This document shows positions 12,875 to 25,705 of a stretch of 64,000 nt of DNA, piece by piece (position 1 is the stretch's first letter; each line of letters begins with the position of its first letter). Source of the DNA: Felis catus (taxonomy: Eukaryota); NCBI RefSeq assembly GCF_018350175.1, contig NC_058373.1:113276001-113340000 (forward strand), read 5' to 3'. Made by a program: the position numbers and the translations under genes. The notes beneath the pieces were generated by a model that did not search any database, was not told the origin of the DNA, and worked only from the letters and a program-made list of their open reading frames with translations.

Positions 12875-13078
12875 ATTTTTTAATATTTATTTATTTATTT
12901 CTTTATTTTGAGAGAGGGCAAGTGTGATGGGGGAGGGGCCAAGAGAGAACCCCAAGCAGGATCCCACTGTCAGCACAGAGCCCATCCCCAGGCTTGATCC
13001 CACAGTGAGATCATGACCTGAGACAAAATGAAGAATCAGATGCTTAACAGACTGAGCCGTGAGCCACCCTGGCGCCTC
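12875..13078 (-). mobile_element. Can-SINE
   Basis: T-rich tail, gagatcatgacctgag, gagccaccctggcgcc. Confidence 0.88.
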
Positions 13079-14112
13079 TTAGCTTGAATATTTTTAACTG
13101 AAGCAACTTTTCCCAAGACCCATTCCAGTGGGATCCTGTGCACTTCCTATTTTCTAGAATCCCCTACTACAACCAAGATTTTGAAATGCACTAACTGAGT
13201 TTTACATTTATATACCACAAATTTAGTTCAGGACTTTTTTTTGAACATATAAATGGTTCAGTTCAGTCCTCTGAAACAAAAGAACAATGACTGTTGCTCC
13301 TCCCCCCTCAGACCATGGATTATACAGAGGTGGCAATTCTGTGTAGGCATCAGCTTCCCAATGTATGGATAGAGCACAGAGCCCAGAAAAACATAATCTT
13401 TAAATACCTCAGAATTTACAAAAAGCCCAGGTACTGTAAAAGGAGGGTACCTGTAGTGCTGTCAGGACTAGGTGGAAATTTGTTGAAGTCTGCATAAAGC
13501 CATCACAGCATTGGCCTTAGCTGACAGATCCAATTTGCTTTGGGAGCAGATACCTTCTAGAACTTTTATTCACTGTATACGAGCTCATATGCATGTGTGT
13601 ATCTGAGTAGAGAGAGAGAGGCTTTTTATTCTCCTAACCACCCATTTTTAATAGGGTCCACTGTAGTATTTTTTCTGGAGCCATATATTGATAGAGCTCT
13701 GTACTCCTCTGTAAAGCCATTTGAGAAGCCCTGTGCTGATGGGGACTTGGCCCCGGATGTATCCCTGAAGGATCAGCTTTGCTTTGCAGTCTGTGGCCAG
13801 TCTAGTGTTTTTTCAGAGTGTGGTCTGTACGCCACCTGCATGAGTATCAGCTAAGATTTCTGGGGCACGGACCCAGGAATGTGCTCAGAAAGAAAATCTC
13901 AGGCTACCCAACTAAAAACCTCTGTGGGCAAGGCCTAGGAATCTGCTTAGAGTAAGCTCCATGTGGGTCCTGACCCCCCTGAAAGTCTGAGATCTACAGC
14001 CATGAACTCTTGCCACAGCTTTGACTCGACCTCATTCAGCTGTCCTTCTAGTGGACACCTTGAGCCCGATGTGCCCCAAAGGAGCAGTGGAACTGACAGA
14101 GAAGACTCATTG

Positions 14113-14138
14113 CCCTTTCTCTCTCTCTCTCTCTCTCC

Positions 14139-14205
<67 letters not shown>

Positions 14206-14267
14206 TCCTTCCTTCCTTCCTTCCTTCCTTCCTTCCTTCCTTCCTTCCTTCCTTCCTTCCTTTTTTT
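14113..14267 (+). repeat. Pure pyrimidine (CT)n-(CTTT)n-(CCTT)n tract, the expanded tail of an antisense SINE
   Basis: Seen directly. Confidence 0.95.
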
Positions 14268-14464
14268 AATGTTTATTTTTGAGAGAGAGGGACACACAGA
14301 GCTCAAGCAGGGGAGGGGCAGAGAAAGACGGAAACACAGAATTGGATGCAGGCTCCAGGCTCTGAGGTGTCAGCCCAGAGCCTGAGGCGGTGCTTGAACT
14401 CACAAACCCTGAGATCATGACCTGAGCTGAAATAAGATGCTTAACTGAGCCACCCAGGCGCCCC
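14268..14464 (-). mobile_element. Can-SINE
   Basis: Ends in gagccacccaggcgcccc. Confidence 0.9.
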
Positions 14465-14849
14465 TCTCCTGCCTTTTCTATAGTCAGACACCAGGACAGC
14501 CCCATGATCCTATATTTTATATTTTGGGGACTAAGCATATGATTTTCACTGAAGGAAAGAGCTAATAAAAAAAAAGTACAGCTGAAAGCCATTGTGTTTG
14601 ATTACAGATAACAATTAATAGCTAAAACTGGGGGTTGCTACTCACGTGCTTGCAGGCAACTTATGTGAGCCAGATGGGTTCTAGGGAGAATTCAAGGGAA
14701 CATGCTAGAGCTGGCGGAAGAAGCCACTTATTGCTGTAAGAAAATGTAACCCTAGCATGTCAGAGCTGAGTTTTCAAGGGAAGCTGGAAGCCAGGGATTG
14801 TATTGTGGAATCTCAGTTTTCACCTGACATATGAGATTTGTATGTGAGA

Positions 14850-15100
14850 GGTACAGTGGCCAACAGTACAACAGATTCTGGAGCCAACCCTCCTGAGTTT
14901 GAATCCTGGCTCTCCCTCTTAGCCATGGGACCTGTCAGCTGAGTTACCCAACCCTTGTGCATCAGTTTCCTTATCTATACAACAGTGATAATAGTAATGC
15001 CTGCTTCGAAGAAGATTAAATGAGTTGATACATGTAAAGTGCTTAAACCAGTGCCAGACACACAGCAAGTGGCCTTCTTTAGTTATATCCGTGTCAGCTA
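14850..15100 (+). mobile_element. MIR
   Basis: gagtttgaatcctggctct...cagtttccttatcta...gattaaatgag...gtaaagtgctta. Confidence 0.75.
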
Positions 15101-15192
15101 AATGCTCCTACCACTGTAGGCAAAACACCCTGTAGGCTAGTAGTTAGCAACCTCTGGTTTAAAGCCATTCTTGCTGTAGATGGATCATAAGT

Positions 15193-15316
15193 AGGAGAGC
15201 CATATAATTTATCATCTAACCCAAGACGCTTTGGAGACAGAAAAGAAGGCTCTGCTACTAATTATTCTGGGACAACAGGTGAACACCAGACTGTCCCAGG
15301 CAAACTGGTCTCCCTG
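15193..15316 (+). mobile_element. MER94-like hAT-Blackjack fossil
   Basis: ccatataatttatcatc...gggacaacagg...gactgtcccaggcaaactgg...ccct resembles the MER94 consensus as I recall it. Confidence 0.65.
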
Positions 15317-16213
15317 ATTCTAAGTGTCTTCTCTGTGTACAAAAAGCCAACAAATAGCTAACTATAAACTGCTCAGTAAGTGCCAAGTTATGCACGTGAG
15401 CTTTAAATGAGGCATCTTGTGTAATATTCCCAACAACCCTAGGAGGTGGAGAGTCATTACTCTTTTTTCTTCTTGGTGAGGAAACTGAGGCACAGAGCTG
15501 TTAAGGAACTTACCTAAAGGCACACCATGGCAGAGCCAGTCAGGTTCAAGCCTTCGTGCTAGCCCCGTCCCAATCTCTCCAGTGGGTGCAAAGCAGTGGT
15601 AAGAAGGTTGACCCCCTTTTCAAAGGGATAGCTGAGCACCAGCATGGCCCAGCTCTTGGCTCAGGCCACAGCTCAGGATTGTGTTGGGAGCTCATGCGAG
15701 TGCCTACTGGTCTCACTGCCATGGGGCTGCCATTTCACAGCACCATGAGTATAACAAGGAGCTGTGGACACGGGGATTAAGTAGCAGGTTGCTGCCAAGT
15801 GCATTTCATCGGGTTGCTGCAGCCAGTATCAGAGCAGCTTATTTATGAGTCTCATGTGCCAGTCACAGCTGGTGAAAGTGGATCCGCCTAAAAAGCACTA
15901 AAAGTCAGCCGCCCAAACCTGACACCTACTTGGCTGGTGGATCACCCCAGGCCCACAGACTAAAAGGACAGCTGAGGACACGGTCCTGGGGAACCCTCTG
16001 ATAGGAGAAATAGAACCTAAATAAGTGGTGGCCCCATATGGAAGCTCAAAGAACAGTCTGCCATTGTGAAAAGTATTGATGCTGGCATTAAATGAAGTTT
16101 GAATACTCTAAGAATGACGTTCCAGCATAGACACACCTGGAGTATTCCTGTGGCAGTGGAGAGAATATGCTTTCATAAAAACAGGGAAACATAATGTTAA
16201 AAATATTCTTTTT

Positions 16214-16391
16214 GGGATGCCTGGGTGGCTCAGTTGGTTAAATGGCCAACTCTTGATTTCGGCTCAGGTCATGATCTCATGGGTTCATGAGTTCAAGCCC
16301 CACATCAGGCTCTGCACTGATAACACAGAACTTGCTTCAGATCCTCTGTCTCCCTCTCTCTATGCCCTTCTCCCATTTGCACACATGCTCG

Positions 16392-16438
<47 letters not shown>

Positions 16439-16466
16439 AAAAATAAACAAATGTTAAAAATTTTAG
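16214..16466 (+). mobile_element. Can-SINE
   Basis: Head, (CT)n, tail; TSD aaaa(t/c)attcttt. Confidence 0.9.
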
Positions 16467-17194
16467 AAAACATTCTTTTCAAACAAGGATGGCAGGTTGT
16501 TGGTAATTGTTAGAGCATAGTGATAGATACATGGATCGTTATACTCTACTCTTTAAAGAGTTCCAGATGTTCAAAATGTTTTCAATGTTCAAACATTAGT
16601 TTTAGAAGAAAAAAAAAATGCTCCAGCATAAAGATGTATACCAAATGCTTTGAGTTTTGAGTGTCCCAGCCAGGAAGGTAAGAACAGCTGAGAGTCTGTA
16701 GCAATATGGGGACCCTGTGGCAGCCAGCCCGAGAATGGGAGGAGACCCCAGGCTCTGCAAGGTGCCTTCCTTTCCATTTGCTTCAGTGATAGCATACTTC
16801 AAGGGGATGTCTAGTAGTAAAATCTCGAGGGGAAAAATGTTCACCTTGTTGTCAATAACAGAGTGATTTCTGGCTCTGACCAGTGTCATTGACCACTCTT
16901 GACCCAAATGGAAATGCCCAGCTGGGAGGTAGGACTCCAGTACAGTTCTGTTCTTCACTCTACCTTGGTTTCTCCATCTATAAAATAGGAAGACAGGTTT
17001 TTCTCTTGAATGAAATTTGAAAGTATCAGACAGTTGTTAGAGAAGGTTATGGATATGAGAGATCATTTCCTATGGAAATCCTATGTGTTCTGAGCTACAA
17101 AGCAAATGTTAGATCAGAATGGTCCAGCTGAAGATTAATCTAGGAAACTTGTCAAGAATCCAAAGCCTTCCCATTCAATAATTCATTGTATTTT

Positions 17195-17515
17195 TATTTT
17201 ATTTTATTATAGATTTTTTTTCAGTTTGTTTATTTTGAGAGACAGAGGGAGGGAGGGAGAAAGGGACAGAGAATGAGAATCCCTAGCAGGTTTTGCACTA
17301 TCAGTGCAGAGCCTGATGCAGGACTCGAACTCACAAACCGTGAAATCATGACCTGAGCCCAAACCAAGAGTCGGACACTTAACCAGCTGAGCCACCCAGG
17401 TGCCCCGTTTTTTATTTTATTTTATTAAGTAATCTGTATATCCAATGTGGACTCGAACTCACGACCCCAAGATCAAGCATCCCATGCTCTACTTACTGAG
17501 CCAGTCAGGTGCCCT
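17195..17515 (-). mobile_element. Two adjacent antisense Can-SINEs (full-length ~17195-17406; short older one ~17410-17515)
   Basis: Two gagcc...caggtgccc termini. Confidence 0.85.
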
Positions 17516-18011
17516 TCATTATATTCTTTAAAAAATTAAATGCTCCCAGCAACTATATTAGAGTTGCTTCTAAGGTGGGCCAAAACTTCACCTCTGGCTA
17601 GCTTCAGCAAATGGAATTTATTTGGGGGATACTGGGACAGCTCACAGAAATAAAAGAATTACCTAACAATCATGACTTAATGAAATTTGTGCACAGTCTC
17701 TTGTGCAGCCCCTGCCTCTTTTCTCTGGTTTCTCAATCCCAGATGTCAGATTCCTAGGGACAGAGAATCTGGCCTAGTCAAGTCTGGTGCCAAAGAGGGA
17801 TGGGATATATACTACTAACCTGGTCACTGGGGGCCACTGCTGTGTGTCATTGTACACTTCCCTGACCAAACAGAATTCTTGTTGCTCTGGGGGCAACCAT
17901 CCCTATAACCATAATATCAGTTTATGCTATGCTGTTATCTTCTCTGTAATTGCAAAGAAACGTTTGAAGGTCAAGGGATTCTTGTAACACAGGCTCTAGG
18001 GACTATTTGAT

Positions 18012-18206
18012 TTTGAATGTTTATTTGTTTGTTTATTTATTTAGAGAGTGTGAGCGGGGGAAGGGCAGAGAGAGACAGAGATAGGATCCAAAGTGGGCTC
18101 TGCACTGACATCAGCAAGGCTGATGTGGGGTTCACACTCATGAACTGTGAGATCATGACCTGAGCCAAAGTTGGGCACTCAACCAACTGAGCCACCCAGG
18201 TGCCCC
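18012..18206 (-). mobile_element. Can-SINE
   Basis: TSD t(a/g)tttgattttg. Confidence 0.9.
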
Positions 18207-18300
18207 TGTTTGATTTTGCAAAGGCCATCTGGCTCTGACTGATGCCTGCATTTGGCAAGAACCAGTCCACTCTTTCAGGCTTGAGTCAAGAGGCTTGATC

Positions 18301-18496
18301 TTTTTTTTTTTTTTTTTTTTTAAGAGAGAGAGAGAGCGCAAGTAGGGGAGGGGGAAGAGGGAGAGGAAGAATCTTAAGCAGTCTCCATGCTGCGCATGGA
18401 TCCCAACACAGGGCTCGATCCCGTGACCCTGGGATTATGACCTGAGCCAAAATCAAGAGTTAGACACTCAACTAACTGAGTCACCCAGGCACCCCT
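18301..18496 (-). mobile_element. Can-SINE (older subfamily)
   Basis: T21 tail, gacctgagccaaaatcaagag, gtcacccaggcacccc. Confidence 0.88.
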
Positions 18497-20074
18497 TGTT
18501 CATGATTATTAAGCCCAGGAGAGGAAGGAAAGAAGAGATGTAGGCATCCTTGGCCTGAGCACATGAATGCCTATCAGAGGTGGTCCTGTCCATTGGGAGT
18601 CCAAGGGGCATTTTTGTCCCATGGGTTGTAAATCTTGAGTTGTACTTGGGATACTCAGATCCTTTCTGAAAGCATCTCTATCACCCCAATCTCAAGAAAA
18701 AGGAAAAAATGGGTGAGGAAAGGCTGCCCTGTGAAAAGAGGTGCCCCAGGTTCTCAAACATGAACCACTGCCAGGGAACTTTCCTTTCACTGCCCAGCAC
18801 CAACCGGGGGGGCTCCTTCTCTTCCATCCTTTAATCAAGAATGGAAGGCAGAATTTCTCTTGAGCAGACAAGAGATTGGGAAAGAGAGAATGGATTAATT
18901 GCTCAGTTTGCTGGTAAATATCAAGCCAGGGTCAAGCCTAAAGAGAGAAGGTTGAGTAGCTGGAGAAAAGGCTAGGTCTGCAGAGATGAGGTGGGCAAGG
19001 GCTGGCCTGGAGCTTGGAAGATGAGGTCTGTACAGCCTCCCGGAGGACAGGGCTGGTCTGTTAAGTCTCTAGTGTATGTTTAATGCATACATGTTGCCTG
19101 GGGGCAAGGCAGGGTGGGGAAGGAAGCAGGTGACTTTACTGGGCCACAGCACATGGCAGCAGGTGGCTCCTGATAGGGTGAGTCGGATGTGTGACGCTTC
19201 TGCAGAGCCTTTGTGTGATGGTGTACATGGTTCAGTGCACGGCGGAGCCCTGACCAGGGAAGGATGGGAGCTGAATTCCAGCCCATGCTCCACTTACCAT
19301 GAGCTTGTGAAGCTGCAGAGATGATGTGGGCTTGTTAGCATCTCCTTAGCCTTCAGCTTACAAGCTGGTCCCTGATGAGCCTACATACGGAGATCCCTTT
19401 GCTTGGGCCAGTTGGCATAAGATTCCAGAACTGCTGAGGTCCTCGTACCTGAATGGCATGCCTCTCCTGGTAGTAAGGTGGAATTTTTAAAAATGTGTCT
19501 TGAGTTTCTCTGTTTAAGGTTAAAGAAGTCAAATAAGGTGATACCTATAAATGCCATTTATAGTCCAAGGTGTCCTTGATAAGGGATAAATATTTTTCCC
19601 CAGCCAGTGAGCTATCCTTGGCTGGAAAGGAGCATTCTCTTACTGCTGACATGGTGGGGTCTCACGTGGGAGCACGTTCCATGCCAGGCATGTGGAGAGC
19701 CGGTACTGCCTGGGACCTGGCGCTGAGGAGACTGAGGGCTGAGGGCAGCACTGCTTCCTGAAGCACGATGGTGGGACACGGCAGCCCCATGTAGGTACCT
19801 CACACACAGGAGAAAGAACTAGGCTTTTACTTGTTCGGCAGAGAGGACAGCAGCTCTAAGCTCTTTACCTGCCTCATAAATTCAGGATAAGGGAGCAGAG
19901 GGTTGCCATGAAAATCTTTGTCTTGATACCCTTGAGCCACTTAAATTGAGATGAGCAATTTAAGCTCAATTTAAGCCTGTGTGGAGTGTCCACACAATTT
20001 ACTCACGTTGCCCTGATGCCATGGTTGGAGTAGAGACACCCACCTACATTAGTCCTTCCTCTCTGGTTGAGCAG

Positions 20075-20137
20075 ATGCAGGAGCTGGAGCAGAGGCTGCT
20101 GGAGGCAGAGCAGAGAGCAGAGAATGCAGAGACCCAG
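20075..20137 (+). CDS. PLEKHH1: PLEKHH1 coding exon 2 (MQELEQRLLEAEQRAENAETQ), coiled coil
   Basis: gcag|ATG ... CAG|gtaacc; 63 nt. Confidence 0.94.
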
Positions 20138-20364
20138 GTAACCGGGGCAGGGGATTGGTGGGACTGTGTAGCAGAAATGGCCGTTGGCCTTTCCTGATCC
20201 TTTTCATGGACACACACAGACATACTCATCACCCTGACAAGTTCCTTATGGGGACAAGGAAAACCAGCAGTCATGTGATAGTTCTCCTGAACAAATTAAG
20301 GTTCATGGAGCTCTCTTTGGGCATGAAGGAGTCTTTGGGTAAAGGTTAGTGCATGAGTGGGTGG

Positions 20365-20732
20365 CTGGATTAGTCCACACAGGCCACGTTATGCTGAGGT
20401 AACAGGTCTGATGTCTTAGCACCTTCTCACATTTATTTCTTAGTCATGGTATCTCTCCATTGTGGGTTGGCTGGGGATTCTGCCTCCCATAGGGACTTGG
20501 GGGTTGAGGCTGCTGGAGCTCTCTCCAGCTTCCACCTGGACCCTCTGAAACATGCAGCCTCCTTGGTTGCCATGGCAGGAAGAGAGCTCTTAAATACTTC
20601 AGCCTAAAAATGCTGAGTCACTCCATTCAGACCCACTGGCGGGAGTGAATTCCATGGCCATCTGACTATAAGAGGGCTGGGAAATATTGAAAGCACAGGG
20701 CCATTCAGTGAACAGCAAATATCTCTGCCACA
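20365..20732 (-). mobile_element. MLT1-type solo LTR
   Basis: ttatgctgaggtaaca...atttatttct...ggttgccatggcagg...agggctgggaaat...tctctgccaca. Confidence 0.68.
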
Positions 20733-21007
20733 GTGAGATTTAAGCAGTTTCCCTCTGGGCTGTTTGTCCTGCCCAGCTTGTCCCTGTTGGGGTCCCCAGA
20801 GTTAGATGGCCTGATACACAGCCATTTCTTTTTTGTCAATTCCTTAGTTTGCCCAGATGAGGCTTAATAAATGGTTTTGGCCCCAACTGCTCTGGGTGAG
20901 GGCTCTGCCTGTGAATCATGGGCTGGGGTGTCAGGAAGTATCCCAGGGCATGTGAGCAGCTATTTCACACACACATCCCAACCCTGTATGATGATGGTAC
21001 TTTTAAG

Positions 21008-21157
21008 GTGGGTGTGATGGAGGAGAAGGTGAAACTGTCCAATCTGAAGAATGTGGACTCAGCCGGCAGCCTGCACCGGAAGTACCAGGAATTGCTGAAA
21101 GCCATGCAGAGCAAAGATGAGCTTATCAGCCAGCTGGAGGCACAGCTGGAGAAGCAG
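21008..21157 (+). CDS. PLEKHH1: PLEKHH1 coding exon 3 (VGVMEEK...QLEKQ), coiled coil
   Basis: ttttaag| ... CAG|gtaagc; 150 nt. Confidence 0.93.
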
Positions 21158-22445
21158 GTAAGCGCTGACTGCAGAGTGGCACCAATGCCCTCTGCAGCAT
21201 CCATTGCCATTGGCCACACCTTCATGAACAGACCCCCTCTGCTTGAGCCCTCCGTTGGTGGGGAGCTCACTTCCTCCTGAGACTGTTCTTTTGCATGGAG
21301 ATTTAACTATTAGAAGGTACATTGGGAGCCAGGCAGGGGATGGATATAGTGGGGAAAGAACCTTGGAGGCAAATTGATCTGGGTTTGGATCCCCTCGCTA
21401 GCACCTGCTGCTCTCTGTGGGCAAATAAGTCATTGATTCACATTTTACACATCTGTAAGGTGGGGGTTATAATACGGCATAGGGCTGTCCAGAGAGTGAA
21501 CTCAGGTATCAGACATGAAGTTGGTGTTTGGTAAGGAGAGCCTGTCTTTCTCCACCCTGGCCTTGACATGACACCTGTGGTTATCAGAGCAGCTCACAGC
21601 TGGGCAGTCAGCATTGGTCACCTGGTTGGCCAAAGTTTCTCACTGAACTTGAGCAGGCAGAGGCCAAAGTTGCTGCCTCCTCTGAGGCAGGCAAGGCCTC
21701 TTGTCCTGAGCACATGGGTGCTGAGGAGAGGCCACTGCCCAGCATTCCAGCTACAGTTAGCCCCTTTGCTCCAGAAAGGGTATCTGAGAAACATCAGTCT
21801 GCCAATTCCCTGTATCTAGCCTCCTCCCCTTTACAGTTCAGTTAACTTCATCCGATGCTGTGCCTTCCTTCTGTCCTTGGCCTTACCTACTGGTTGTCCC
21901 CTGGTGCCAGAGTGCCATTATTTCCAACAAACACCCTTACAGTGTGACCAGATGACTTTTAATTTTCCACATGAGTATTCTTCCATGAAGGTCCCAGCTA
22001 GTCCCAGAAGTATTTTCCCACCATCACAGGCAAATTTGTAATCATTCATCAGCATTCACTGAACATACCCATTGTGCGATGTGCCTTTGTATGTTCTGGG
22101 GCACCCCAGCATGTGTTCCTGAAAAATCATGGAAAAATAGAATGTGGACACATGCAATCTTTAGCCAGTCATTCATTGACTTTAAAGATACCTTACCTCC
22201 TTTTTTGAGTGGTTCACAGAAGTGGCAGCATCTGGGGATTAGTGGGCAAAATGATTCCTGCTGAAGCTTAGATCAGAAAAAAATCATTTTACAATAATAA
22301 AAGGTCAGAATAGAAAGAATGCTGTTCTACAAGTCCGTAGACCTGGGTTTAGTTCTGGCTGTGCTGCCCAAACTGACAGAGGCAAGTCACTTCACCCTCT
22401 GGGCCTCAGTTGCTGCAGCCCTATAAAGAGGGTATCAAACTAGGT

Positions 22446-22657
22446 CAGGGGTTGGCAGACTAGTCCTTTAAAGGGCCAGATAGTAAGTACTCTCTGGTCT
22501 CTGTTGCAACTCTTCAGCTCTACTGTTGTATCACGAAAGTAGACAATTCGTAAATGAATAGGCACAGCTGTGTTCCAGTACAGTATTTATAAAAATAGGC
22601 AGGGCAGGGGGCTTGGACCAGGTGGAGGCCTGGACTGTGGCCAGTTTGCAAACCTCT
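22446..22657. mobile_element. MER58A-like hAT fossil nested in a MIR (~22310-22690)
   Basis: TIR-like caggggttggca...tttgcaaacctct; aagggccagatagtaa; flanks aactaggt / aactggat. Confidence 0.75.
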
Positions 22658-22881
22658 TAAACTGGATAACCTTAAGGTCCTTCCAATGTTCATTGTGAAT
22701 GTTTCTTGTGTATCAAAGGACAGCATTCCATTTTCATTTTGATTTTTTATGCAAGCCCTAACACTTAGGTTATTAACCAGTTCAGAGTTTTTTTGTTTTT
22801 GTTGCTTAAATAATATTGCAACTAATGATTCCTAAGCTGTGGGTTTGTTAAGTCAGCAGTGTATACATTTAAAACTTAACA

Positions 22882-23095
22882 GGGGCGCCTGGGTGGTTCA
22901 GTCAGTTAAACGTCTGATTTGAGCTTAGGTCATGATGTCGTAGTTCGTGAGTTCGAGCCCTGCATCGAGCTCTGTGCTGACAGCTTGGAGCCTGGAGCCT
23001 GCTTTGGATTCTGTGTCTCCCTTTCTCTCTGCTCTTCCTCTACTCATGCTCTGTCTCTCTCTCTCTCAAAAATAAATAAACATTAAAAAAAATTT
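22882..23095 (+). mobile_element. Can-SINE within an antisense old L1 fragment (~22750-23550)
   Basis: Head and tail visible; flanks resemble reverse L1. Confidence 0.88.
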
Positions 23096-23558
23096 TAACT
23101 TGACAGATACTATCAAATTGCTGCCCCAGAAGACCTTGCCAATTTGTATAAGAGGGATTGTTTTCCAACATCCTTGACAATATAGGATATATCAGACTTT
23201 TAAATTGTGTTAGTCTGATAGAGGAAAATGTCTTTTATGTGCATTTTTAAAATTATGATTGAGGTTGAACAGCCTTTCATGGTTTTCTTTCCCTTTATTT
23301 CTCTTTCTGTTGACTTCCTGTTAATATTCTTTTCGCGTGTATTTATTTGTTTGTTCATTTCAAGTTAGCCCTCTGTATGTAAGTCATTTGTGTTGTAAAT
23401 CATCCCTCAATTGGTCTTTTGATTTTGTTTAAGGAAACTTTTTTTTTGTCATGTAGTAATTTACAGTGATAGTATAGACTTTATTAGTCTTTTTCTTCAT
23501 GTTTTTTGGGGTATGTATCATGCCTAGGAAGCCTTTTCACACTTTAAGAATATTTTTA

Positions 23559-23990
23559 GGGGCGCCTGGGTGGCTCAGTCAGTTAAGCATCCAACTTTGG
23601 CTCAGGTCATGATCTCGCAGTTCGTGAGTTCAAGCCCTGCATCAGGCTCTGCGCTGACATTGCAGAGCCTGCTTGGGATTCTCTCTCCCTCTCTCTCTGC
23701 CCCTTATCCACTTGCACTCTCGCCCTCTCTCTTTCTCTCTCAAAATGAATAAACTTTAAAAAAAAAAAAAAAAGAGGGGCGCCTGGGTGGCTCAGTCGGT
23801 TGAGCGTCCGACTTCAGCTCAGGTCACGATCTCGCGGTCTGTGAGTTCGAGACCCGCGTCAGGCTCTGGGCTGATGGCTCAGAGCCTGGAGCCTGCTTCC
23901 GATTCTGTGTCTCCCTCTCTCTCTGCCCCTCCCCTGTTCATGCTCTGTCTCTCTCTGTCTCAAAAATAAATAAATGTTAAAAAAAAAAGA
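23559..23990 (+). mobile_element. Tandem Can-SINE dimer (23559-23775, 23776-23990)
   Basis: Two heads; outer TSD aagaatattttta / aagagtattttta. Confidence 0.92.
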
Positions 23991-24120
23991 GTATTTTTAA
24001 AATTCATAAATGGATTTATTGTTTTTCCATCAGATCACCCCCCTCTAATTGCTTGATATTCCTTCTTGGGGCTTCCCACCTCCAGTTGTTCACTAAACCG
24101 GTGGCTGCTATGACTAATGA

Positions 24121-24231
<111 letters not shown>

Positions 24232-24569
24232 TGAAAACTCATCTCGGGAAGCCTGGAATGCACATGCAATGCGAGTGGGGTCCCTCCATCCCAGCATTTT
24301 TCTGCCTCCTGTTTGTGGGGCCTTGACTGACCTCCGTTGTGTTAACCATGTGTCCTCCATTTAGCTTAAACCCTGAGACTTGGCATTTTCACCTTTCCCT
24401 TCCTCCTGTGGTGCTTGGGCTTCCCTAGAGCTCGTGATTAGCTTTGTGTTTGGGGAGGAGTGAGTCTCACTTCTGAGGTGTCATGCCATTTTCTTCCTGA
24501 AAGCACACACACCCTTACGTCTACCCTCCCCACTTCCTCCTCTGTCCTTTCCATTCTTTTCAAGTGGTT

Positions 24570-24861
24570 TTTGTGGTGGTGGTAAAATATACATAAAATT
24601 TACCATTTTCACCATTTTTAGTGTACAATTTAGTGGCATTAAGTACATTCACAATGCTGTGCAACCATTACTACTGTCTATTTCCAAAACTCTCATTACC
24701 CCTAAATAGCACCAGTGTATCCATTAGACCCTAGGTCCTCCATTCTCTCATTCCCCAGTCCCTGACCACCCCAGTGCCTTTTTTTTTTTAATTTTTTTTA
24801 ATGTTTGTTTATTTTTGAGAGAGAGAGAGATAGAGCATGAGCAGGGGAAGGGCAGAGAGAC

Positions 24862-24908
<47 letters not shown>

Positions 24909-25035
24909 CTGAAGCAGGGTCCAGGCTCTGAGCTGTCAGCACAGAGCCCGACACAGGGCTCAAACTCATGAACTGTGAGATCGTGACCTGAGCTGAAGTC
25001 AGATGCCCAACCAACTGAACCATCCAGGTGCCCCC
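24570..25035 (-). mobile_element. L1MB-like 3' fragment (~24570-24775) followed by an antisense Can-SINE (~24780-25035)
   Basis: aaaatttaccatttt...tagtggcattaagtacattcacaatg; SINE with (GA)n. Confidence 0.85.
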
Positions 25036-25471
25036 TGATAGTCCCAGTCCTGCTTTTTCCACCTCTAGCCGTTCATTTCTGTAGTTCATCACTTGCTGCA
25101 GCTTAATTTAGGAAAACTTGGGGCTGGAAGCTACAGTGATACTCGCAACAGAAAACAAAAAGCAAAACAAAAGGGAAGGGATTTGAAGTTTGGAAGAGGA
25201 CAAACATCAACTTTTCTTCCTCTGTCCTGACACGAGTGATTCATATGTGCAGGAGGTATTGGCTCTTTTTGCCTCTCGTGTCCTGCTGTGGATGCACATC
25301 TCAGGTCACCTGCTAGATGACAAGTGCTTGGGAACAGAACTGATACCTGGTTTGCCTCCATATTTGCTAAAAGGTGCTCCAAAAAGTGGGTTGGGTTTTA
25401 TTCAGAAGAACATGTAGCAGCCATGAGATGGGTCTCATAGATAATAAGTTTAGTAAAAGAAGCCAGACCCA

Positions 25472-25705
25472 GGGGTGCCGGGTGGCTCAGTCGGTTAAGT
25501 GTCCAACTTTGGCTCAGGTCATTATCTCACGGTTTGTGAATTCGAGCCCCGCGTCGGACTCCGTGCTGACTGCTCGGAGCCTGGAGCCTGCTTCATATTC
25601 TGTGTCTCCCTCTCTCTCTGGCCCTCCCCCGCTCACACTCTGTCTCTCTCTCTCTCTCTCTTTCAAAAATAAAATAAATATTAAAAAAAAATAAAAAATT
25701 AAAAA
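25472..25705 (+). mobile_element. Can-SINE, TSD aagccagacccag, inside an L1ME-like 3' fragment (~25400-26040)
   Basis: TSD on both sides; flanks catactgtgtaattccattta typical of L1 3' ends. Confidence 0.9.

Noticed and set aside
13947..14385. Lys/Glu/Arg-rich and Phe/Leu/Ser-rich ORFs (also 59698-60086 and 61622-62081)
   Set aside because: Translations of microsatellites
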